Below the pieces are notes generated by a model. The model ran no database searches. It saw nothing but the letters and a program-made list of their open reading frames with translations, and had not been told where the DNA came from. A program made the translations under genes and the position numbers. A stretch of 41,190 nt of DNA from a virus, in the IMG/VR virus record IMGVR_UViG_3300027533_000012, positions 1 through 41,190 of that record; one strand, 5' to 3'. Below, piece after piece: positions 9,180 to 16,327 of the stretch; position 1 is the stretch's first letter, and each line of letters starts with the position of its first letter.

Positions 9180-9374
9180 TCAGGCGACCGGCCACTTACT
9201 GCCACGCAGGATGTAGAACACCGCCAGCCCTGCAACACAGATACGCACGACCAGCATCACGTCACCCGTGACGCCAAATCCGAGTATCCGAGACAGCGGC
9301 GGAATCAGCGCGAACGTCAGCACCACCGCCACAACCGCCACGAGAATGCGCCAGAAGATGCCTGTCATATCCAC
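9180..9374 (-). CDS. small two-pass membrane protein
   Basis: 64 aa with two hydrophobic spans (ILVAVVAVVLTFALI and LVVRICVAGLAVFYIL). It sits between terL and the portal gene. Confidence 0.55.
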   Translation of the reverse strand: MDMTGIFWRILVAVVAVVLTFALIPPLSRILGFGVTGDVMLVVRICVAGLAVFYILRGSKWPVA

Positions 9375-9375
9375 C

Positions 9376-10782
9376 TCAACTCATCCAACCCAGTGACCCA
9401 CCCATCGCCGCATACGCCGGCTTCCGGGCCTTCTCGATCGGCCGCTCCCGCACCGCCAGCCCACGAAATGCATCCGCCGCATGGCTCGAGAAATCATGCA
9501 CCGGCGTGTCCTTGAACTCGTTCAGCGCCGTATTCCACGCCCGCCGATAGTGCCGCAACCGCTCCAGCCCCACTTGGCACTTGACCTCGTCGAACCAGCA
9601 CCGGGCCATCGCCAGCCGTGCCGCGTGAATCCCATCCTCCAGCCCGATGTTCGGCGTGACCTCAAACTTGAGTCCGAGCCCGAACGCAATCTCGCGCCGG
9701 GACTTGCCCGAGCCGAGCTCACGGACCTCGATATCGTGCGGCGCCCAATGCTCACCGTAAGCGTATTTGCGGTCGGCCAGCACCTTCACGTAGTGCGGCA
9801 GTCCTTCCCCGCTGGCCTCGTAGTAGTCGATGAGTCGTATCTCACCTGACCCGAGGCGCTGCGAGAACCAGATGGCGGTGCTGTCGCCCACGCCCAGGTC
9901 CCAATCGGTATCGACCCGGAGACGGGCATCATACGGCACGCGGCAGATACGGCCGTCGGCCTTCGCCTGCCCTAACTCTTTGGCGTAGATGGCGCCCTTG
10001 ATGGCGGCATCGGCGGACAGGAACCACTCCTGATCGAACTCGTCCTGTGTCATCACGCCCTGAACCACCAGCGCGCGCTCGTCCTCCATCGCCTGCCTGA
10101 GCGCGTCAATCGTGGCCCCGGCCTCAGTCGCCAGTGACTTGTCGATGTCCTGCCACAGCGCGAACCAGTCGCCGGCATCCTTCGCCGCGGCGTGCATGAC
10201 ATACAGCTTGTCCCGGCCCTTGATGGTGCCGCAGAACACGCCATACCCCAACTGATCCGCCAGCGCCTTCGAGATGACCTCGCCGAAGGCGTTGTCGGCA
10301 ATCTGGCTGTATTCGTCGAGGGATGCGCCGGCGAGGCCCAGCCCGCGAAGGCTATCAGGACTGTCCGCCCCAACCAGCGTCAGGATGTTGCCGTTGGGAT
10401 ACGTCACGCTCAGTTCAGACTCGTTGAACTTCACGCCAGGCACCGGGCGCGCGATGTCCTTGAGCATGAGCCAGGCCGTGCCCTTCGCCTGCTTGTAGCT
10501 CGGCATGACGTGGGCATACTGCCGGCGCTTCGTGAGCAGCCCGGAGACGGCCTCGGGCTTGTGCGGCAGCAGCGTGGTCAGGCGCCGACGCTCCCAGTCG
10601 TTATCGAGCGCGGCCCGTTGGTGGTGGTTGATGACACAGGTGGTTTTACCAGCACGGCGATGCAGGATGAGACAGGCCCACCGGCGGAACGAGGCATGGA
10701 ACGGACGCGCCCACATGCGGGGCGTGTAGGGAATGTCGATGATCCGGGCCTCAGGCTTGACGGCCTTGGCCTTGAACGGCAC
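9376..10782 (-). CDS. terL: terminase large subunit
   Basis: 468 aa. Walker A-like HRRAGKTT, Walker B-like GASLDEY, and nuclease-domain acidic motifs DWDLGVGDSTAIW and HDFSSHAADAF. Confidence 0.9.
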   Translation of the reverse strand: MPFKAKAVKPEARIIDIPYTPRMWARPFHASFRRWACLILHRRAGKTTCVINHHQRAALDNDWERRRLTTLLPHKPEAVSGLLTKRRQYAHVMPSYKQAKGTAWLMLKDIARPVPGVKFNESELSVTYPNGNILTLVGADSPDSLRGLGLAGASLDEYSQIADNAFGEVISKALADQLGYGVFCGTIKGRDKLYVMHAAAKDAGDWFALWQDIDKSLATEAGATIDALRQAMEDERALVVQGVMTQDEFDQEWFLSADAAIKGAIYAKELGQAKADGRICRVPYDARLRVDTDWDLGVGDSTAIWFSQRLGSGEIRLIDYYEASGEGLPHYVKVLADRKYAYGEHWAPHDIEVRELGSGKSRREIAFGLGLKFEVTPNIGLEDGIHAARLAMARCWFDEVKCQVGLERLRHYRRAWNTALNEFKDTPVHDFSSHAADAFRGLAVRERPIEKARKPAYAAMGGSLGWMS

Positions 10783-11175
10783 CTAGCCGCCCCAGCGGAT
10801 GACGAGGTCGCCATGCACGTCGAGTTCCTGCGGCGGCTCCACGGGCTTGTCGATGGCCCGGTCGGACAACGCCGTGAACGCCTGCGTGCTCGGCACCTTC
10901 GTGTGAATCCAGTAGTATTCGCCCTCTTTGCCGCAGTTCAGCGCGACTTCTATCTCTTTCGGGTCGGTAATCTGGACGAACTGCTGCGTCTTCGGGTCAC
11001 GTAGGTAGAAGTGCTTGAGGCCCATCGCGTTATCGACCTGGGCCTGCGCCAGTTCCTCGATGTGCTGCTCAAACTTGGCGAGGATGCGCTCACGGATAGC
11101 CCGCTTACGAATCGTGGACTCGTCCTGAGAGCCAAGAGGACGACCTGCGCCCGCTCGTTTGCCGCCTTTAGGCAT
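10783..11175 (-). CDS. terS: terminase small subunit (putative)
   Basis: 130 aa with the basic N-terminal motif KGGKRAGAGRPLG. It directly abuts terL (stop at 10783, terL start at 10782). Confidence 0.6.
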   Translation of the reverse strand: MPKGGKRAGAGRPLGSQDESTIRKRAIRERILAKFEQHIEELAQAQVDNAMGLKHFYLRDPKTQQFVQITDPKEIEVALNCGKEGEYYWIHTKVPSTQAFTALSDRAIDKPVEPPQELDVHGDLVIRWGG

Positions 11176-11192
11176 GGGAATATTTCAGAGAA

Positions 11193-11447
11193 TCAAACTT
11201 TTGACAGGCGACGGGAATCTGACAGCGCGCAGACCTGGTTACTGAAGCTGGCCGCGACGGAATCGATACGCGGCTGCGGTCGTGGCGTCAGGGGCGGGTC
11301 TTTGCGGAACGTGGACGCATACAGGGCATCGGCCCAGAGGCCCAGCTTGACGTCGATGGCGGCGGCGGCATCGTCGAAGCCGGCGTCACGGAGCGCGAGG
11401 AGTTCATCTGGTGTGCAACGCTCGAGGATCAGGCATTTGGTCAGCAT
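11193..11447 (-). CDS. hypothetical protein
   Basis: 84 aa with about 75% GC3 by hand count. It starts 2 nt after the RHH gene stop. Confidence 0.45.
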   Translation of the reverse strand: MLTKCLILERCTPDELLALRDAGFDDAAAAIDVKLGLWADALYASTFRKDPPLTPRPQPRIDSVAASFSNQVCALSDSRRLSKV

Positions 11448-11449
11448 GG

Positions 11450-11635
11450 TTACGCCTCTTTGGGCTGTAGGGCTGATTCTCGCACGTAATCGGAAACCGT
11501 GACGCCTTGCTCACTGGCGCGCTCGTGAATCTGCTCCAGCTGCGCCGCGGTCAGGCGGATGTTCAGGTTCTTGCCTTTGGTGCCTGGACGCACGACCGGA
11601 GGCCGGCGTGGGGTCAGGGTCAGTCCGTCGTCCAT
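11450..11635 (-). CDS. ribbon-helix-helix (CopG/Arc-like) DNA-binding protein
   Basis: 61 aa counted from ATG 11635. NIRLTAAQLEQIHERASEQGVTVSDYVRE fits a beta-strand plus two helices, as in RHH proteins. The upstream ATG at 11653 lies inside the promoter elements, so I rejected it. Confidence 0.65.
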   Translation of the reverse strand: MDDGLTLTPRRPPVVRPGTKGKNLNIRLTAAQLEQIHERASEQGVTVSDYVRESALQPKEA

Positions 11636-11642
11636 GGAAAAC

Positions 11643-11671
11643 AGTCTACACATATTTTTCGCTTGTGTCTA
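11643..11671 (-). promoter_or_regulatory. leftward sigma70-like promoter giving a leaderless RHH mRNA
   Basis: On the minus strand: TAGACA (11671-11666), a 17-nt spacer, TAGACT (11648-11643), then 7 nt to ATG 11635. Both hexamers lie within the direct repeat GTCTACA. Confidence 0.5.
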
Positions 11672-11679
11672 CATTTGTG

Positions 11680-11708
11680 TTGACATGTTTTCTGTGTTGA
11701 CGTATATT
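11680..11708 (+). promoter_or_regulatory. rightward early promoter giving a leaderless first early gene
   Basis: TTGACA (11680-11685), a 17-nt spacer, TATATT (11703-11708), then 7 nt to ATG 11716. TGTGTTGAC is repeated at 11676 and 11693. Confidence 0.6.
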
Positions 11709-11715
11709 CTGACTC

Positions 11716-11931
11716 ATGACGAACGCAACCGCTGCCGCCACGCTCTTCCTGGTCGTCGCTGAATCCCACATGGACCGCGAAGCCGTCCTCTGCGCCGACT
11801 GCCTCCCCACGCAGCCGCGCGTGCGGGGCCGGTTCGCCTCGGTGGTCGAGATTGACGCCGATGCGCTGGCCTTCATGGCGGACCTCGAAGAAGACGTCTG
11901 CGAAGTCTGCGGCGTGAAGGGAGCCCGGTAA
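11716..11931 (+). CDS. small Cys-pair (Zn-ribbon-like) early protein
   Basis: 71 aa with CADC...CEVC. Confidence 0.55.
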   Translation: MTNATAAATLFLVVAESHMDREAVLCADCLPTQPRVRGRFASVVEIDADALAFMADLEEDVCEVCGVKGAR

Positions 11932-12101
11932 TGCGCGCCTCATTCACCCGCCACCACATCGGGCAGACAGCATTCGGACTGTTTGGGAACGTGTGGCCGA
12001 CCGAAACCAACCGCATCGACCGCCAGACGATCGGCGTCTGGTATCTCGCGCTCCACCTTGGAACCTGCCGATTTGACCTCTGCGGAAAGTGGGGCCGGTA
12101 A
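11931..12101 (+). CDS. small early protein (below the ORF-track size cutoff)
   Basis: 56 aa with TAATG overlaps at both ends and about 77% GC3 by hand count. Confidence 0.5.
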   Translation: MRASFTRHHIGQTAFGLFGNVWPTETNRIDRQTIGVWYLALHLGTCRFDLCGKWGR

Positions 12102-12298
12102 TGCGAACCGAGATGCAAAACCACATGCGCTACCGCCGCGGCGGGAAGCCCGCTCCAGACTGGAAGGCGTTGGCGCACGAGTTCACCCGCCATGCCCTGC
12201 TGCCGCTCTGCACCGTCTGCGGCCACGGCGAGGCCCATGCCATCCACCACGGCGGCGACTGGTTCCATGCCCTGCCGCCGATTCAGGAGACGCGATAA
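12101..12298 (+). CDS. small Cys/His-rich early protein
   Basis: 65 aa from ATG 12101 (TAATG coupling). Contains CTVCGHGEAHAIHH. Confidence 0.5.
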   Translation: MRTEMQNHMRYRRGGKPAPDWKALAHEFTRHALLPLCTVCGHGEAHAIHHGGDWFHALPPIQETR

Positions 12299-12522
12299 TG
12301 GCGACCGACACCACGCGTCGGACTCAATGCGAACGCTGCGGCAAACAGCACATCGGCGCGTTTGTCTGGCTGGAACTCAACACCTACACGGGCCTCTACG
12401 ACAAGCCGGGAACGATTCCGAAAGACGAGTCTCAGGGCCTGTTCATGTTTGGGCCGGCATGCGCGCGGACTGTCTTGAAGAATAACGGCCACAACAAGCA
12501 AATCAGAAAGGCGACCCGATGA
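12298..12522 (+). CDS. small Zn-ribbon-like early protein
   Basis: 74 aa from ATG 12298 (TAATG coupling). Contains CERCG...GPAC. Confidence 0.55.
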   Translation: MATDTTRRTQCERCGKQHIGAFVWLELNTYTGLYDKPGTIPKDESQGLFMFGPACARTVLKNNGHNKQIRKATR

Positions 12523-12731
12523 CCGGCACCTGGGTTGCGCTGGTCGTCTCCGTCGGCTTCGTGGCGCTCCTGCTGCGGGCCGTGAAGCAGAAGCCGGAAG
12601 CCGTCGAAACCTGCGCGACCTGTGGCCGTGTGCAGGCGAAGCGGTGGATGACCGAAACGATTGTCAATCGGAACGGCGAGACGCGCTGGCTCTGCTGCGA
12701 ACATGACGCGCTCGACCCGTGGACCCTGTAG
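12519..12731 (+). CDS. small membrane-anchored Cys-rich protein
   Basis: 70 aa with the N-terminal hydrophobic span WVALVVSVGFVALLL, followed by CATCG...CCEH. Confidence 0.5.
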   Translation: MTGTWVALVVSVGFVALLLRAVKQKPEAVETCATCGRVQAKRWMTETIVNRNGETRWLCCEHDALDPWTL

Positions 12732-12742
12732 AGGAGATTGAG

Positions 12743-13174
12743 ATGGAAACCGTGACCCGTATGCCCTTCGTGACCGAGAAGATGCGCGACGTCGAACGCG
12801 GCCTCATCCGCATCATCGCCACGAAACTTCACACGCTCGACTGCCTCCGGCGAGGCGTCTACAACGACTTCGACGAACTGCCGGAACACGAACAGGCGAA
12901 GATGCTGCGCGTGGCGACGATGGCCGCGGGAGCGGTCAACACCCAGACGCAGCAGCTGGCCCTCGGCGCGGCAGGATTGGCCATCATGAAGACCATCGAA
13001 GGCCATATCGACGCGGTCGTGGAGCACTGGGAAGACCACAGCCATGCCGACGTCGTGCGCGAGGCCCTCGTGACCGGCGACCGGATCAACCTGCTGTCGG
13101 GGCTGCGCGCGAGCATTCCCGGCATGGTGGACGCCGCGGCGAAGGCCGCATTTGCGAAACTGGAGACGCGATAA
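12743..13174 (+). CDS. hypothetical early protein
   Basis: 143 aa from ATG 12743, preceded by GAGGAG. Confidence 0.55.
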   Translation: METVTRMPFVTEKMRDVERGLIRIIATKLHTLDCLRRGVYNDFDELPEHEQAKMLRVATMAAGAVNTQTQQLALGAAGLAIMKTIEGHIDAVVEHWEDHSHADVVREALVTGDRINLLSGLRASIPGMVDAAAKAAFAKLETR

Positions 13175-13893
13175 TGACGACTTCCGAACAGATTACCGAC
13201 CTCGCCACGGCGCTGGCGAAGGCCCAAGCCAAGGTCCAGGGCGCGAAGAAGGATGCGGAGAACCCGCACTTCCGCTCGAAGTATGCCGACCTCGCGTCCT
13301 GCTGGGATGCGTGCCGCGAAGCCTTGACGGTAAACGGCCTGTCGGTCGTCCAGTCGCCACGGCTCATCAACGTCGGCGAAGGCGCGTGGATGGTCGAGGT
13401 CGAGACGATGCTGCTCCACGGCTCCGGCCAGTGGATTCGTGACGCTATCGCCGTGCCGCTGTCGAAGATGGACGCGCAGGGCGCAGGGTCCGCCATCACC
13501 TACGGCCGGCGCTACGCTCTCGCCGCCTTTGTTGGCATCGCCCCAGAGGACGACGACGCCAACGCCGCGGTCGGCAGTCATCCCGCACCGGCTGCGCGTC
13601 CTGCCGCACCGCCAGCGGCTCCCAAGGGTGGTCCCGTGCAAGTCGTGACCGTGACGCCGAAGCCCACGAGCAAGCCTGGAATCATCCGCCATGAGGTCAA
13701 GTTCTCAGACGGGACCAAGGCGGCGACCATCTCCGAGCGGCTGGCGAAGCAGGCGACCGACGCCCGCGACAGCGGCGATACGGTGCGGCCCGTGTTTAAG
13801 ACGACCAACTTCGGGACCGACCTCGTTGGCTTCAACTCCACGCCCGCCAGCGACGAAGGCCCGTCCATGCTCGACGACGAGCCCCCGTTCTAA
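13174..13893 (+). CDS. ERF-family single-strand annealing protein
   Basis: 239 aa. LAKAQAKVQGAKKDAENPHFRSKYADLASCWDACREAL and GSAITYGRRYALAAFVGI are typical ERF motifs. The C-terminal tail is Pro/Ala-rich. Confidence 0.8.
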   Translation: MTTSEQITDLATALAKAQAKVQGAKKDAENPHFRSKYADLASCWDACREALTVNGLSVVQSPRLINVGEGAWMVEVETMLLHGSGQWIRDAIAVPLSKMDAQGAGSAITYGRRYALAAFVGIAPEDDDANAAVGSHPAPAARPAAPPAAPKGGPVQVVTVTPKPTSKPGIIRHEVKFSDGTKAATISERLAKQATDARDSGDTVRPVFKTTNFGTDLVGFNSTPASDEGPSMLDDEPPF

Positions 13894-13903
13894 GGACACC
13901 GCC

Positions 13904-14215
13904 ATGAGCTATTTGATCATCGACGTCGCTTCGACCGCCATCGACAACGCCGCCGGCTTCATGGAGGAGCCGTCGGCGCCCAAGAACTACTCTGACCCCG
14001 TGAAGATCGCCGCCTACATCGCTGAGAAGAAGGCCGAGCGCGTGGCCGGACGGCCTGGTCGAGTTCAAACTGGTCGACCTCGAGACGGGCGAAGTCCTGC
14101 GCGCGTGGGAATCGGACGTGCGCCAGTGATCCGCGCCTTCCTTCGCTGGACCCTCGCCATCGCCTTGGCGCTGGCCTTCATCGCCTTCTGTATCTACATC
14201 GGGGCTACACCATGA
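13904..14215 (+). pseudogene. composite ORF: exonuclease-like N-terminal fragment, out-of-frame middle, 29-aa hydrophobic peptide
   Basis: The first ~47 aa (MSYLIIDV...PKNYSDPVKIAAYIAEKKAE) recall the N-termini of phage RNase-H-fold 3'-5' exonucleases. From about 14042 to 14129 the GC3 signal moves to the +1 frame (WPDGLVEFKLVDLETGEVLRAWESDVRQ*). GTG 14126 (GTGA overlap) opens VIRAFLRWTLAIALALAFIAFCIYIGATP. Confidence 0.4.
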
Positions 14216-14403
14216 GCGAACCGACCGACAACGAGATCATCGAGGCCATGCAGTGCTACGGCGGCTCCTTCGCCCGCGCACTCGGCACGGCCTTGCACTA
14301 CGCGGACGCGACGAACTTGGCGAAGGTGAAGCAGGCCCTGCCGGAGTTGTGGAAGACCTACGCCGAGATCGTCAAGGTGAAGCGGCAGGCGGTGGCGTCG
14401 TGA
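14212..14403 (+). CDS. hypothetical early protein
   Basis: 63 aa with ATGA coupling upstream. Confidence 0.55.
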   Translation: MSEPTDNEIIEAMQCYGGSFARALGTALHYADATNLAKVKQALPELWKTYAEIVKVKRQAVAS

Positions 14404-14591
14404 GCGACAAACCGAAGCAAGGTGGCATCAACGAGAGCACCATCGCCAGAATCGCGGGCAACGTGGCGAGTGGGTGCGCGACTAAAATCCGCAACCAATC
14501 CGACGCGGAGGACATCGCGGCGTGGTCCGTCATCATCGCCCGCGCCATCGCAGCCGAAGTTGAGCGCACGCGCCAGAAGGAGCAGGCATGA
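14400..14591 (+). CDS. hypothetical early protein
   Basis: 63 aa from GTG 14400 (GTGA overlap with the preceding stop). Confidence 0.5.
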   Translation: MSDKPKQGGINESTIARIAGNVASGCATKIRNQSDAEDIAAWSVIIARAIAAEVERTRQKEQA

Positions 14592-14809
14592 ACTGGCTCT
14601 CTCGCCTCCTCCTCGCATGGCGTGACCGCCCCGATCCCGCGTGGAAGCCGACAGGCCTGAAGTTCACGACGGGCCGCGACTACGACCAGGACCAGGGGAT
14701 TCGGATGGCGCGCGAAGCCCGCCTCAAGTCGAGTACGGGCCGCGTCTACCGCAAGCCAGCGAAGCCGAAACAGCCCGCGCCCGTCGTGTCCATTCGGAGG
14801 CAGGGATGA
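14588..14809 (+). CDS. hypothetical basic protein
   Basis: 73 aa with ATGA coupling at both ends. Confidence 0.5.
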   Translation: MNWLSRLLLAWRDRPDPAWKPTGLKFTTGRDYDQDQGIRMAREARLKSSTGRVYRKPAKPKQPAPVVSIRRQG

Positions 14810-15261
14810 CCCACGGCACCGAATACGCCTACATCTACGGCAAGTGCCGCTGTCAGGTCTGCCGCGACGGCTACAGCGCCCACCAGAAACGGCGCCGGGA
14901 CCGCAAACGCGCCAGCGGCCACTGCTGCGACTGCGCCAATCCCGTCGAACCCGGCCGCCGCTACTGCGCCACCCATCGCGCCATGCGGTCGTTCAACGAA
15001 CTCCGGAGGCTCCACCAGATGACCGTGCCCACCCGCCAGTGCGCCCGCTGCCCCGCGATGATCGAGCCGCGGAAGTATTCGGCCACCCTCTGCTCGACGT
15101 GCCGCACCGAGGCCCATAGGAGCCGGCAGTTTGACCGGGAACAGTCCCGGCTGCATCCGGACGAACGCCCGCTCATCGACGAAACCGCCGCAGCCATCGA
15201 GGCCGAACTGGCACGACTGGACGCCTTGAGACTCCGCACACGCTTTCGGGGGACCGTATGA
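14806..15261 (+). CDS. multi-Cys zinc-finger DNA-binding-like protein
   Basis: 151 aa from ATG 14806. Contains GKCRCQVCRDGY, CCDCANP, CARCP and CSTCR. Confidence 0.55.
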   Translation: MTHGTEYAYIYGKCRCQVCRDGYSAHQKRRRDRKRASGHCCDCANPVEPGRRYCATHRAMRSFNELRRLHQMTVPTRQCARCPAMIEPRKYSATLCSTCRTEAHRSRQFDREQSRLHPDERPLIDETAAAIEAELARLDALRLRTRFRGTV

Positions 15262-15581
15262 CGCAACCAGGACTGAACTTCTCACCCGTGAACGCGCGAG
15301 TCCGCACAGGACGTAAAGTGAGCCTCGTCGAGAAACTGGCCGACTACTTCACCGCGCGACCCGGCGTCTGGATTCAGGCGCGGGAGCTCGAGTTCGCCGG
15401 ACGGCAGGCGTGGCGCACGCGAACGAGCGATTTACGAAAGCCGCCGTTCAACATGGTCATCGAGAACCGCATCCGGCACTGGCATGACCCGCTCCGGATT
15501 CGGCCGAGCTTCACCATCAGCGAGTATCGGTATGTGCCGCCGGCGGAAAAGACTTGCGACGAGGACGCAACCAGCGTATAA
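15258..15581 (+). CDS. winged-helix-like DNA-binding protein
   Basis: 107 aa. WIQARELEFAGRQAWRTRTSDLRK resembles a wHTH recognition segment. It is the last gene of the early block. Confidence 0.45.
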   Translation: MTQPGLNFSPVNARVRTGRKVSLVEKLADYFTARPGVWIQARELEFAGRQAWRTRTSDLRKPPFNMVIENRIRHWHDPLRIRPSFTISEYRYVPPAEKTCDEDATSV

Positions 15582-16012
15582 AAGGCAACAGCCCCGCGTT
15601 GATGCGCGAGGCTGTTAGATCGCGTTGCAGGACGCGACCGGGAACGAAGCCCAAGTTTAGCCCACGGGTATCCCGGTTTCAACCTCCAACACAAACAGCA
15701 TCAAGCCGACGCCTGACGGATAACGGCAGGGGCGCGGTTCGACCAGGCTGGCACTGCGGGAATGTGTCGATACCAGCCATGTAAGCCCGTGGGGTGAACC
15801 CGAGAGCGGGCGAGGACATAAGCGCGTGAACCGCGCGAATAGTCTCGGGATGTCGGATGGGTGGTCATGCTCGATCCGGCCTCCGGTCGCGTGCGGCTCC
15901 ATACAGGGCTGAATCGTGACGCCGTGGAGACACTTTCACTCAATGGAGTAGGGGTGTCTCTCCGGCCAACATGCTCACCACCAGGGCTGTAGAGAGATTG
16001 AGAAGGAGAGAT
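15582..16012 (+). other. 431-bp ORF-free, hairpin-rich intergenic region (candidate ncRNA, 5' leader or origin)
   Basis: No frame shows coding-type GC3. Several local hairpins are present, plus an 8-bp long-range complement CCCACGGG (15661-15668) with CCCGTGGG (15786-15793). Confidence 0.4.
15587..15637 (+). terminator. two tandem GC-rich hairpins after the early block
   Basis: Hairpin 1: AACAGCC/GGCTGTT plus an inner CGCG/CGCG (15587-15616). Hairpin 2: TCGCGT/ACGCGA (15620-15637). Neither is followed by a U-tract. Confidence 0.4.
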
Positions 16013-16327
16013 ATGAATCTGACCGAATATCAACGCGCCGCGAAACGCACGAGCCTCGCCGAACCGCACCGCGAACGGCTCATGGTGCAGGCGCTCGGCC
16101 TCTGCGGCGAAGCGGGCGAAGTCGCCGACCTCATCAAGAAATGGGCCTGGCACGACAAGGAACTCAGCCGTGACGCGATGGCCGACGAACTCGGCGACGT
16201 GCTCTGGTATGTCGCGGACCTCGCCAGCGCCATGAACCTGTCGCTGGACTTCATCGCCGAGCAGAACGTGGCGAAACTGCTGAAACGGTTCCCGGACGGC
16301 TTCGTGACCGGCGGCGGTATCCGATGA
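16013..16327 (+). CDS. mazG: MazG-like nucleoside triphosphate pyrophosphohydrolase
   Basis: 104 aa from ATG 16013, preceded by AAGGAGAG. LGLCGEAGEVADLIKK and ELGDVLWYVADLA are the EXXE/EXXD helices of the MazG fold. Confidence 0.8.
   Translation: MNLTEYQRAAKRTSLAEPHRERLMVQALGLCGEAGEVADLIKKWAWHDKELSRDAMADELGDVLWYVADLASAMNLSLDFIAEQNVAKLLKRFPDGFVTGGGIR

Noticed and set aside
11636-11653. The upstream ATG (11653) given by the ORF track as the RHH gene start (MCRLFS...)
   Set aside because: That ATG lies between the -35 and -10 hexamers of the leftward promoter. ATG 11635 sits at the expected transcription start and begins the conserved RHH fold.
15730-15760. GGTTCGACC in the mazG-upstream spacer as a T-loop of a second tRNA or tmRNA-like element
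   Set aside because: The flanking bases do not form a T stem, and no acceptor or D arm can be drawn.
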